Assembly (NCBI GenBank): GCA_034190465.1
Contig: JAXINV010000003.1
Coordinates: 99,708-137,665, forward strand
Reading direction: 5' to 3'
Length of the DNA: 37,958 bases
From: Candidatus Asbonarchaeum danakilense
GTDB lineage: Archaea > Nanohalarchaeota > Nanosalinia > Nanosalinales > Nanoanaerosalinaceae
Shown: one piece after another, positions 17,010-25,803 of the stretch
How positions within the stretch are numbered: position 1 is the first letter of the stretch
How the letters are laid out: each line of letters opens with the position of its first letter
Program-made: the position numbers and the translations under genes
The notes under the pieces: generated by a model
What the model was told of the DNA's origin: nothing
Database searches by the model: none
What the model saw: only the letters and a program-made list of their open reading frames with translations

Positions 17010-17591
17010 ATGAAAGACGAGAACGCAGTCGTGCTCGACTTCTTGGAGCACGGGAAGCCGACCGGTAACGACGAACCGATGGCCCAGATTATCGGCAAGG
17101 ACAACTTCAACCTGCTGGAGGTCGCGGTCAGGGACGATGTCCATCTGAAGGCGGGCGATGAGGTCTACATCGGTGAAGGGGAGCGCGAAGAGGTCAAATA
17201 CATCAAGGGCAAGATAACGACCGACGACCTCACCGGCAACGCGAGCTCCGAGCTCGACTACGTCCTCGAAGACCTGATCGAGGACAACGAGGACCGTTTT
17301 GTCACCTTCTTCAACAAGGCCGGTCCCATCACCACACGGCAGCACTCACTTGAACTCCTGCCCAGCGTCGGTGAGAAACACATGTGGCAGATCATCGATG
17401 CACGGGACGCAGAGGAGTTCGAGAGCTTCGACGACATCCAGGAACGTGTCGAACTGCTGCCCGACCCCCGGAATATCATCCTGAAGCGGTTGAAGAAAGA
17501 GCTCGGTGGCGGGCAGAAACGGTACCTGTTCGTCACACCGCCGAAGAGCGAGGACAGGGACAAATTCATCGGAGCCCTCAACCTGGAATGA
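17010..17591 (+). CDS. DUF655 family putative RNA-binding protein
   Basis: VLDFLEHG, FNLLE, FFNKAGPITTRQHSLELLP (HhH); canonical synteny. Confidence 0.92.
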   Translation: MKDENAVVLDFLEHGKPTGNDEPMAQIIGKDNFNLLEVAVRDDVHLKAGDEVYIGEGEREEVKYIKGKITTDDLTGNASSELDYVLEDLIEDNEDRFVTFFNKAGPITTRQHSLELLPSVGEKHMWQIIDARDAEEFESFDDIQERVELLPDPRNIILKRLKKELGGGQKRYLFVTPPKSEDRDKFIGALNLE

Positions 17592-18391
17592 TCAAGGAAA
17601 CGTTGCAGCGGCACGGCCTCGAACCCGATCCGCAGCAGGGCCAGCACTTTCTCGCCGACGAACGCATCCTGCAGCAGGAGGTACGCGAGGCAGAGGTCAG
17701 TGCAGATGACACCCTCCTCGAGATCGGTGCCGGCATCGGCAACCTGACACGGAAGCTCACAGCAGCGGCGGGCCATGTCCACGCCGTCGAACGCGACAAG
17801 CGAATGGTGGCGGCGCTCCGCGAAGAGCTTGACGGCATCGACAACGTCGACGTCATCGAGGGCGACATTCTCGAGCTGGACTGGCCCGAATTCGACAAAT
17901 GCGTCTCCAACCCGCCGTACGAGATCTCCTCCGAGCTGATCGAGCGGCTGGGGAAGGCCGGACAGCTGTCCGTCCTCACACTGCAGCAGGCGTTCGCCGA
18001 GAAGCTGGTCGCAGAGCCCGGCAGCAGCGGCTACTCACGGATCAGCGTGCTGGCGAACTACCACTTCATCCCTGTCTACATCAGGGACGTCTCGCGGGAG
18101 AGCTTCTATCCGCCGCCTGAGGTCGATTCCGCGCTGCTCAAGCTGTTCCCGCGGGAGAAACAGTTCGGCATCGAGGACGAGGACGCGTTCTTCGAGGTTG
18201 TCCGGGCCCTGTTCACCCACAAGCGGAAGAAGGTGCGGAACGCGTTCGTCGACTCCCGCCACATCCTCGACATGGACAAGGACGCGGCCAAGGCGATGCG
18301 GGACGACCTGCCACACAGTGAGGAAAGAGTTATCAACCTGGACCTGCAAAAATTGGCAGAGGTCACCGCCTTCCTGGAGGACAAGCCATGA
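17588..18391 (+). CDS. rsmA: 16S rRNA (adenine-N6,N6)-dimethyltransferase RsmA/KsgA
   Basis: GQHFL, EIGAGIG, SNPPYEISS, FYPPPEVDSA. Confidence 0.95.
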   Translation: MIKETLQRHGLEPDPQQGQHFLADERILQQEVREAEVSADDTLLEIGAGIGNLTRKLTAAAGHVHAVERDKRMVAALREELDGIDNVDVIEGDILELDWPEFDKCVSNPPYEISSELIERLGKAGQLSVLTLQQAFAEKLVAEPGSSGYSRISVLANYHFIPVYIRDVSRESFYPPPEVDSALLKLFPREKQFGIEDEDAFFEVVRALFTHKRKKVRNAFVDSRHILDMDKDAAKAMRDDLPHSEERVINLDLQKLAEVTAFLEDKP

Positions 18392-18525
18392 CAAAGCACT
18401 GCCGGCTGTGCGACGCCAAGCTCGAGACCGAGGAAGAAAAAGAAAAGGGTATCTGCAGGGACTGCCTGCACCAGGGATTCAACGAACTCGGGCAGGCACT
18501 GGCACGGATGAAAAAGAAGGAGTGA
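18388..18525 (+). CDS. 45-aa CxxC-CxxC zinc-finger microprotein (absent from ORF track)
   Basis: MTKHCRLCDAKLETEEEKEKGICRDCLHQGFNELGQALARMKKKE*; atga overlap with the rsmA stop; ggagg SD. Confidence 0.75.
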   Translation: MTKHCRLCDAKLETEEEKEKGICRDCLHQGFNELGQALARMKKKE

Positions 18526-18574
18526 CGGACCCCGGACGCCAACCTACAAAAACACAACCCCGCCATATTTCTGC

Positions 18575-20158
18575 ATGCCACGGTGGATCTTCGTCACGGG
18601 CGGCGTCCTCTCCGGGCTCGGCAAAGGGCTCGTCTCAGCCTCTATCGCAAAACTACTGGAGTCACGCGGGCTTGACATCGTCCCGCTGAAGTGCGACGGC
18701 TACCTCAACGTCGATCCCGGCACGATGAACCCTGTCGAGCACGGCGAGGTCTTCGTGCTGCAGGACGGCGGCGAGGTCGACATGGATTTCGGCCACTACG
18801 AACGCTTCCTCGACGTCGAAGGCCATGCCTCCTGGAACCTCACCTCCGGCAAGATCTTCAAATCCGTCATCGACCGGGAGCGGCAGGGCGACTACCTCGG
18901 CGAGACCGTCCAGATGGTACCGCACGTCACCAACGAGATCCGGGACCGTTTCCAGGAGATAGCAGAAGAGCAGGACGCCGACGTCGTCATCGTGGAGATC
19001 GGCGGCACCGTCGGCGACATCGAGAACATGACCTACCTGGAAGCGGTCAGACAGATGCGTGAGGGTGACGATCCCTCCGTCCTCGTCCACCTCACCCTCG
19101 TCCCGTACCTGGAGACCGTCGGCGAGCAGAAGACCAAGCCCACGCAGCACTCCGTCAAGGCGCTCCGGGAGGCCGGACTGAGTCCCGACGTCATCGTCGG
19201 CAGGAGCGACGAGCGGCTGGCGGAAAGCACCAAGGAGAAGATCGCACTGTTCTGCGACGTGGACGAGGAAGCGGTCGTCTCCGACCCCGACATCGACAAC
19301 ATCTACCGGCTGCCCCTGATCATGGCGGAGGAGGACGCCGACACACAGATCGCGGAGCTGCTGGACATCGACGGCGACCGCGACATCGAGCAGTGGGCGG
19401 AACTGGTCGACAACATGGAACAGCCGGACGACACCGTGCGGATCGCGGTCTGCGGTAAGTACACCGACATCGACGACTCCTACGTCTCCGTGGAGGAGGC
19501 ACTGCGGCACGCCGGCGCCCACCGCAGCACCGGCGTGGAGACTGAGCTGATCGACACCGAGCAGATCCAGGACCTCGATGACGCTGAAGCAGTCCTGGCC
19601 GGCTTCGACGGCGTCGTCATCCCTGGCGGGTTCGGCTCGCGCGGTATCGAGGGCAAGGTGACCGTCGCCAGGTACTGCCGGGAGGAAGGCCTGCCGCTGC
19701 TCGGCATCTGCCTCGGCATGCAGATGATGATCGTCGAGCACGCCCGGAACGTCTGCGGGCTGGACGGCGCGAACTCCACCGAGGTCGACGGAGAGACAGA
19801 CCATCCCGTCATCGACATCCTGCCCGAGCAGGAGGACACCGAGGCGAAAGGCGGCACGATGCGGCTCGGCGCCTCGGAGGCGGAGCTGGAGCCAGGCAGC
19901 CAGGTCAGCGAGCTGTACGGCAGCGAGACCGCGACTGAGCGCCACCGTCACCGGTACGAGGTCAACCCCGCGTACCACGACCGGGTGGAGGAGGGCGGGC
20001 TCGCCATCAGCGGCACGTCCGACGGCGGCCGGCTCGCCGAGTACATCGAGCTGCCGGACCACCCGTTCTTCATCGGGACCCAGGCCCATCCCGAGTTCAG
20101 GTCGCGGCTGGAGGCGCCGAACCCGCTGTACCAGGGCTTGATCGATGCAGCGAGGTGA
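18575..20158 (+). CDS. pyrG: CTP synthase
   Basis: [48 protein letters not shown]. Confidence 0.98.
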   Translation: MPRWIFVTGGVLSGLGKGLVSASIAKLLESRGLDIVPLKCDGYLNVDPGTMNPVEHGEVFVLQDGGEVDMDFGHYERFLDVEGHASWNLTSGKIFKSVIDRERQGDYLGETVQMVPHVTNEIRDRFQEIAEEQDADVVIVEIGGTVGDIENMTYLEAVRQMREGDDPSVLVHLTLVPYLETVGEQKTKPTQHSVKALREAGLSPDVIVGRSDERLAESTKEKIALFCDVDEEAVVSDPDIDNIYRLPLIMAEEDADTQIAELLDIDGDRDIEQWAELVDNMEQPDDTVRIAVCGKYTDIDDSYVSVEEALRHAGAHRSTGVETELIDTEQIQDLDDAEAVLAGFDGVVIPGGFGSRGIEGKVTVARYCREEGLPLLGICLGMQMMIVEHARNVCGLDGANSTEVDGETDHPVIDILPEQEDTEAKGGTMRLGASEAELEPGSQVSELYGSETATERHRHRYEVNPAYHDRVEEGGLAISGTSDGGRLAEYIELPDHPFFIGTQAHPEFRSRLEAPNPLYQGLIDAAR

Positions 20159-20164
20159 TCTTCC

Positions 20165-20758
20165 GTCAGCACGACGTTCTACGACGACCTGCGGTTCGAC
20201 GTACCGAACGGTGTCTACGAGCCGCGTGAGGACTCCTACCTGGTTAGCGACGTCATCGCGGACATGGACCTTGAAGGGAGGACGGTCCTCGACGTCGGGA
20301 CCGGCTGCGGATTCCTCGCCGTCGTCGCTGCTGCGAACGGCGCCACGGTGACCGCGACCGACATCAACCAGCGGGCACTGGACGCCGCACGGGACAACGC
20401 TGCACAGAACGGCGTGGAGATCGATGTGGTCGAGAGCGACCTGTTCGACGGTATCGACGGTGTCTTCGACGTCGTCTGTTTCAACGCACCGTACATCCCC
20501 GGATCGCGTGAGGACAGGACTGAGGAGGAGCTTGCTTGGTACGGCGGAGAGGACGGTCGTGCCGTCATCGAACGGTTCATCGCTGGGGTCAACGAGCATC
20601 TCGCGGACGACGGGACCGTGCTGCTGGTGCAGAGCTCCGTGACAGGGATCGACGAGTGCCTGGACAGCTTCGAGGAACACGGGTTCGGGGCCGAGATCGT
20701 GGCAGAGGAGAAGGTCTCGTGGGAAGAATTGGTAGTCATACGGGCTTGGAAAATTTAA
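20165..20758 (+). CDS. HemK2/Mtq2-family protein methyltransferase; true start uncertain (first in-frame ATG is at 20264)
   Basis: VYEPREDS (upstream of the first ATG), LDVGTGCG, FNAPY, GGEDGR motifs. Confidence 0.85.
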   Translation, partial: VSTTFYDDLRFDVPNGVYEPREDSYLVSDVIADMDLEGRTVLDVGTGCGFLAVVAAANGATVTATDINQRALDAARDNAAQNGVEIDVVESDLFDGIDGVFDVVCFNAPYIPGSREDRTEEELAWYGGEDGRAVIERFIAGVNEHLADDGTVLLVQSSVTGIDECLDSFEEHGFGAEIVAEEKVSWEELVVIRAWKI

Positions 20759-20777
20759 ATACCAACACGCGCAAAAC

Positions 20778-23636
20778 ATGTCCATGCGGAGGACTATTCT
20801 GGCGCTTTTCCTCGCCATCGGCTTCACCGCGACAGCCTCCGCAGTACCGTGGACGATCTCCAGTGCATGGACCGCGCCGCAGAACATCTCCAACAACTCT
20901 GAACTCGTCACGGTCATGCAGGTCCTGGAGGACGGTGAGCCGGTCATACCTTCCGACTGTTCGACGCTCCAGGTATTGTACAACTACAACACGTCAGAGA
21001 ACCAGAACATGACCTACATCCCGGGTTCAGCAGGCTACTACTCCGCCAACCTGACAGTCAGCACGCGTGACACCAATATCGATCTGTTCGCAGAAGGAAC
21101 GTGCGACGGCCTGTCCAGTGACGGCACGGCAACCGATTCCGTCTCCTTTGACCCAGGGAGGAACCTGACCGTCACTCTCATCAACGAGACGTCAGCCAGC
21201 TCGTTCCTCGAGGGGCAGAGCTACAGCATCTGGGTCAACGTGACGCATGACGGCGTCTTCGAATCCAACAGCGACGTTGGCTGGACCATCTACAACTGGA
21301 CCGGTGACGTCGTCCATCAGGGCGGATTCTACCCTCGTACCGGCTATTTCAACGCCAGCATCACGATGCCCACCCCCAGCAAGTACTTCTACTACCTCAC
21401 CATCACCGCCCAGAACAACACGAACGTCGGCTACGTGAACGCGACCGGCGGCACATCCGCACCCCTGATCGTGTATCCGCAGCTCCAGGCCTCGCTCACA
21501 TTGAACAACACCGCCGGAGCGTGTGACAGCACGGTATCGACCTGTGAAAAGGGGAGCAGCGTCAACGTGACCTACAACGTGACACGCGGCACAGCTGACA
21601 ACGTCACCGGCTGGGTGACAGGGAACGGCAACAACCTGACGAGCTTCAACCTCACAAAGGACGGGCAGGTCTGGGCGGCGAACTTCACGATCCCTGAAGA
21701 TTTCAACACCTCAGTATACGGTACCGAACTTACAACCACATCATACGGCTGGAACGAACTATCAAGCTCAACGGTGCGGCAGGTGCTGACCGTCCGGCCC
21801 TTCGAACTCATCGAGGAGACCGCCTCCTACGTGTTCCAGGGCAGTGACATCGACCTTGTGTTCGGCCCGGTCAAACCGTTCACCGGTCTACCGATCCCCC
21901 GTGAATCGATCGACAGGTTCGGCATCTCCCTCAAGTATCCGAACGGGACGGAGGCCGAGAGTGCGATAGTCGGCGGTGGCGGCATCCCGAACGACAACTA
22001 TATCTCCGATCAGCGACTGCTCAAATACACGTACAGCGTCGATGGAAGCGCCCCGACCGGAACATGGACATTCACGACCAACGTGACCGATATCTACGGC
22101 GTCACACGGGAAAAGAGCTTCACGTTCGACGTCTATGACGCCGGGGCGGAACGCTCCAACGTCACCGTCTACGACATATCCAGCGGAATCAGTGAGCTCC
22201 AGACCCCGACCAAAGTGCAGAAACAGTTCGACAGTCCCGGCTACAAGACAGGCAGCATCGTGCTCAAGAATACCGGCGAGCGGGATGCAACAGTCCGGAT
22301 CAAGCTCTCCGACTCCCTGGCCGGGCTCACCGGGTACGATGTCAAGTACCTGAACGGGCCGCCGATCGACCTCGCCGCCGGGAGCGCCGCAACGGTGGAG
22401 TTCAACTTCTCCCTGCAGCAGTACAAGCAGTACCAGGGAGACATCACGTTCGACATCGAGGGAGCACGGTTCAACTACCAGCGGATCGTGCCCGTCAACT
22501 TCACCATCGGCGCACAGGCCAGCTGTGCGGTTCAGAACGGGACACTCTGCGTCGGAAATCGGAGCATCGACCTCGAGCTGACGTCCACATCCGCCACCGT
22601 GAACATCTCTGTGACAAACACCGGCGACAGTACCACAATCAGTTACACGCCGGGCGGCAACCTTTCAGATATCCTTTCCCCCGGGTCGGTCGACTACGCG
22701 GCAGGCACGAGGAAAGACCTCCGACTGGCCCTTGACACCTCCCAGGAAACAGAAGGATTCTACAGCGGGAACATCACGCTTGAGAACAGCGCAGGCGACG
22801 TCGTCGAGATTCCCACAACATTCAACGTAACCATACCGACGGGCGAGCTATCTCTAAGCATCGATCCATCCGACATCGGAACGCATATCATCGGTGCAAA
22901 CATTTCCTTCTCCGCAACGATCAGCAACACCGGAGAGGTGGAACTCACTGATCTCGCCCTTACCAACGACGCGCTCGGGCTGGACCACCAGGTCATGCAG
23001 GACGGAGAAACAGTCACAGTCAGACCGGGCGAATCGATCACTGAAGAAGTGACCCTTGACACGGAGGACGCCGCCACCCTCTCCCGAAGCGCCGACAACC
23101 CCCTCACAATCACCGTCAGCAGTGGTTCTGGCGTTGAAGGAACCGCCGGCGTCCAGATTACACTCCTCCAGAACCTCTCCCGGAACATCAAGGCACTCAG
23201 CCAGACCCTGAGCGATCTCCGAGACCGGCTCGCACAGCTCAACAACACCACCCAACAGAGCCAGATCGAGGACATCAGAAACCGTATCCAGAACATGGAG
23301 CAAGCCCTCAACCAGGCAGAACAGGCGTGGGAGAACGATAACTATGAACAGGCGCTTTCGGAGGTCAACAGTGCGTCACAGCTCGAGGCACAGATCGACA
23401 ACGCGATCCAGCGCGCACAGGCCGCCAGCCAGAACCAGAACGACGGTAACGGAACACAGACCAACGGCGACAGCAACCAGGACAACGGGGGCGGGTTCAA
23501 CATACTCCTCATCATCGTCCCGCTGGTCATCCTCGGGGTCATCGGGGTCATCGTCTATCTCAGCATCGTGCCGGAGAGCGATGAAGGCGAGGGACAGCAG
23601 CTCGGGTCACCGCCTCCCCGCCGCGGCAACCCGTGA
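20778..23636 (+). CDS. Large secreted, C-terminally membrane-anchored surface glycoprotein (S-layer/adhesin-like)
   Basis: Signal peptide (MRRTILALFLAIGFTATASA), beta-rich Thr/Asn/Ser body, about 36 N-x-S/T sequons by hand count, coiled coil, TM helix, short Pro-rich tail; start may be 20784. Confidence 0.8.
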   Translation: MSMRRTILALFLAIGFTATASAVPWTISSAWTAPQNISNNSELVTVMQVLEDGEPVIPSDCSTLQVLYNYNTSENQNMTYIPGSAGYYSANLTVSTRDTNIDLFAEGTCDGLSSDGTATDSVSFDPGRNLTVTLINETSASSFLEGQSYSIWVNVTHDGVFESNSDVGWTIYNWTGDVVHQGGFYPRTGYFNASITMPTPSKYFYYLTITAQNNTNVGYVNATGGTSAPLIVYPQLQASLTLNNTAGACDSTVSTCEKGSSVNVTYNVTRGTADNVTGWVTGNGNNLTSFNLTKDGQVWAANFTIPEDFNTSVYGTELTTTSYGWNELSSSTVRQVLTVRPFELIEETASYVFQGSDIDLVFGPVKPFTGLPIPRESIDRFGISLKYPNGTEAESAIVGGGGIPNDNYISDQRLLKYTYSVDGSAPTGTWTFTTNVTDIYGVTREKSFTFDVYDAGAERSNVTVYDISSGISELQTPTKVQKQFDSPGYKTGSIVLKNTGERDATVRIKLSDSLAGLTGYDVKYLNGPPIDLAAGSAATVEFNFSLQQYKQYQGDITFDIEGARFNYQRIVPVNFTIGAQASCAVQNGTLCVGNRSIDLELTSTSATVNISVTNTGDSTTISYTPGGNLSDILSPGSVDYAAGTRKDLRLALDTSQETEGFYSGNITLENSAGDVVEIPTTFNVTIPTGELSLSIDPSDIGTHIIGANISFSATISNTGEVELTDLALTNDALGLDHQVMQDGETVTVRPGESITEEVTLDTEDAATLSRSADNPLTITVSSGSGVEGTAGVQITLLQNLSRNIKALSQTLSDLRDRLAQLNNTTQQSQIEDIRNRIQNMEQALNQAEQAWENDNYEQALSEVNSASQLEAQIDNAIQRAQAASQNQNDGNGTQTNGDSNQDNGGGFNILLIIVPLVILGVIGVIVYLSIVPESDEGEGQQLGSPPPRRGNP

Positions 23637-23675
23637 GCAGCGAACTTTTTATGGGAGCGCCCCCAAACTCAATCC

Positions 23676-24146
23676 ATGGCCGAACCCACGGCACTGCTGG
23701 CGAACGGCAGCAACATCGTCTTCATATTCATCCTCATCCTACTGTTCGTCGTGGCGTACAAGCTCATGCAGGCGGTCGTGGACACGCTCCTCATCGCCGT
23801 GTTCTCAGGCGGGTTCTTCCTCGCCCTCAACTACATCGACATCGGACCCGCTCTTTCCACTACGAACTTCCTCCTCTTCATGGTCCTCGGTGTGGCCCTC
23901 TACATGGCATACACCACTCTTTCCACGGCCAAGGACCTCGCCGACCTTGCATGGAGCGGTGCCAAGGCCTTGACCGGGCTCGCGCAGGATATAATCGATA
24001 CAGCACAGGATATCCTCGGCTCGCTCCAGGATCGCGGATCCTCTTCAACCCCTGTCTCGGTCTCATCCTCCAGCAGCGACGACAACGGAGAAAGTGGTTC
24101 GAAGGAGAAGATGGCCATCCTCGAGGAGGTGGACGACGATGAGTGA
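23676..24146 (+). CDS. Membrane protein (3 predicted TM helices) with acidic tail
   Basis: Hydrophobic segments; acidic C-terminus. Confidence 0.75.
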   Translation: MAEPTALLANGSNIVFIFILILLFVVAYKLMQAVVDTLLIAVFSGGFFLALNYIDIGPALSTTNFLLFMVLGVALYMAYTTLSTAKDLADLAWSGAKALTGLAQDIIDTAQDILGSLQDRGSSSTPVSVSSSSSDDNGESGSKEKMAILEEVDDDE

Positions 24147-24327
24147 ATCGTTCAAGCTGAAAGGCGGGCAGAAGGAGTACGACAACTACATCAACGCCCT
24201 CAAGGTAGCAGAGGCCAAGGCAGAGCAGAAAGAAGAACCGGTCGAAGTCTGTAAGAAAGAACTCGAGGAGTACAACGAACTCGTCCGGGTCTTCCCCGAC
24301 GGCAGCCAGGAGAAGCTGGAGAACTAG
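24139..24327 (+). CDS. Small hypothetical protein
   Basis: MSESFKLKGG...; ATG overlaps the previous gene end; ggaggt SD upstream. Confidence 0.65.
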   Translation: MSESFKLKGGQKEYDNYINALKVAEAKAEQKEEPVEVCKKELEEYNELVRVFPDGSQEKLEN

Positions 24328-25052
24328 CCACCGATCGTGAACCGTGTGCTTCCCTCACCGAGTTCCGCCCGGTAGACCTTACCGTCAAGCACGTAACGCC
24401 CACTTGACCACTTCTCGAACCTGCCAGTGAACGAACGTAGCGTCGCCGGGCCGTCGCTGAGCGTGATCGTCGTCCCGGTGAATGAGAACGAGCCGTCGAC
24501 ATGGGCGAACGTGAAGTCCTCTCGCATCAGGCCCTCGACCGCAAGTCGACCCGGATCTTCGACCCTGATAACGACATCCTTCGGCTCCGAGGAGTTGAAC
24601 GACAACCCCTGGAACGCCATCAGCTGGGCGGAACCGTCGATCGTCACGTTGCCGTCGAACGTGACCTTTCCGGTGTAGTTCCGGAGCGTGATCGAGGCAG
24701 ACGAAGGATCAGCGGTCAGGCCGGCGACCTTGACCGTGATATCGCTGCCGTTGATCGCAACAGTATCGACCCGGCTCTCGAACGTCATCGAGGTACGGTT
24801 GGTATCCGCAGTGAACGATGCCCGCATCGTCGTGTTCGGTGCAGGGCTGGACGTCTCTGTGCCGCCTGTCAGGCCGCCGATGGTGTCAGCGATGCTGCCA
24901 CCGATCCCGCCGAGCTTGTTGAGGTTCTGCTGGAACCGTGACGTGACCTTCGACAGGTCAGTGAGATCGTCGGCCTGGATGTTGCCCTGTCCCATACCGA
25001 CCGCCACACCGAACAGGGTCAGGAACACCGCGGCGAGGACTTTGATATCCAT
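24324..25052 (-). CDS. Hypothetical membrane-anchored/secreted beta-rich protein
   Basis: N-terminal hydrophobic helix, Thr/Ser/Gly-rich extracellular-type body with sequons. Confidence 0.7.
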   Translation of the reverse strand: MDIKVLAAVFLTLFGVAVGMGQGNIQADDLTDLSKVTSRFQQNLNKLGGIGGSIADTIGGLTGGTETSSPAPNTTMRASFTADTNRTSMTFESRVDTVAINGSDITVKVAGLTADPSSASITLRNYTGKVTFDGNVTIDGSAQLMAFQGLSFNSSEPKDVVIRVEDPGRLAVEGLMREDFTFAHVDGSFSFTGTTITLSDGPATLRSFTGRFEKWSSGRYVLDGKVYRAELGEGSTRFTIGG

Positions 25053-25104
25053 GTACAACACTTCGAAGCCACATTATAAAAAATCTGCGAGAGAACCCTG
25101 CAGC

Positions 25105-25803
25105 ATGTTCACATGTATCGTCGTCGAGCCCGAGATCGAGGGCAACCTCGGCTTCCTCGCCCGTACCATGGCCAACTTCGAGGTCGAGCAGCTCATCCTC
25201 GTCGATCCCGACGCACCGGTCGGCGAGGAGGCGCGCAACCGGGCCGTCAAGGCACAGGACATCCTGGACGACGCGAGGATAGAGGACACCCTTGACGACG
25301 CGCTGGACCACGTCGACGTCGCCGTCGGCACCACGGCTCGGGACGCGGAGTCCTCCAACGTGCTGCGGAACGCCGTCTCGCCCGAGGAGATGGCAGAACG
25401 GGCGAACAAGGTGGATGGGGATATCGGCATCGTGCTCGGGCGAGAGTCCAAGGGCCTCTCCAACGAGGAGCTGGACCTGTGCGACTTCGCTGTCACCATC
25501 CCGACATCAGACGACTACCCTGTGATGAACATCACGCATGCTGCCGCAGTCATGTTCTACGAATGTTTCAAGCACCGGAACAACGACACGCAGGGAGAAG
25601 CAAGCAGCAGAGGCGAAAAAGAGACGCTCAACAACATATTTAAAAACATGCTCACCACACTTGACTACTCAGATGCAGAGAGGGAACGGATTCTGCGATG
25701 CATGAAGAACTTCGTCGGACGGTCCTTCCTGCACAAACAGGAAGCGCACACCCTGATCGGGTTCTTCAAGAACGTTGAAAACAAGCTCCAAGGTGATAAC
25801 TGA
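25105..25803 (+). CDS. trmJ: TrmJ-family tRNA 2'-O-methyltransferase (SPOUT)
   Basis: VEPEIEGNLGFLARTMANF, GRESKGLSNEEL, IPT...YPVMNITHAA. Confidence 0.9.
   Translation: MFTCIVVEPEIEGNLGFLARTMANFEVEQLILVDPDAPVGEEARNRAVKAQDILDDARIEDTLDDALDHVDVAVGTTARDAESSNVLRNAVSPEEMAERANKVDGDIGIVLGRESKGLSNEELDLCDFAVTIPTSDDYPVMNITHAAAVMFYECFKHRNNDTQGEASSRGEKETLNNIFKNMLTTLDYSDAERERILRCMKNFVGRSFLHKQEAHTLIGFFKNVENKLQGDN

Noticed and set aside
18662..20983. 773-aa minus-strand ORF (also 14964-16181, 28833-30242, 36640-37440)
   Set aside because: Antisense mirrors of well-supported genes, caused by GC3-biased codon usage; no motifs
24688..25104. N-terminal extension of the TrmJ ORF
   Set aside because: Overlaps the opposite-strand gene; TATA at 25074 and homology support ATG 25105
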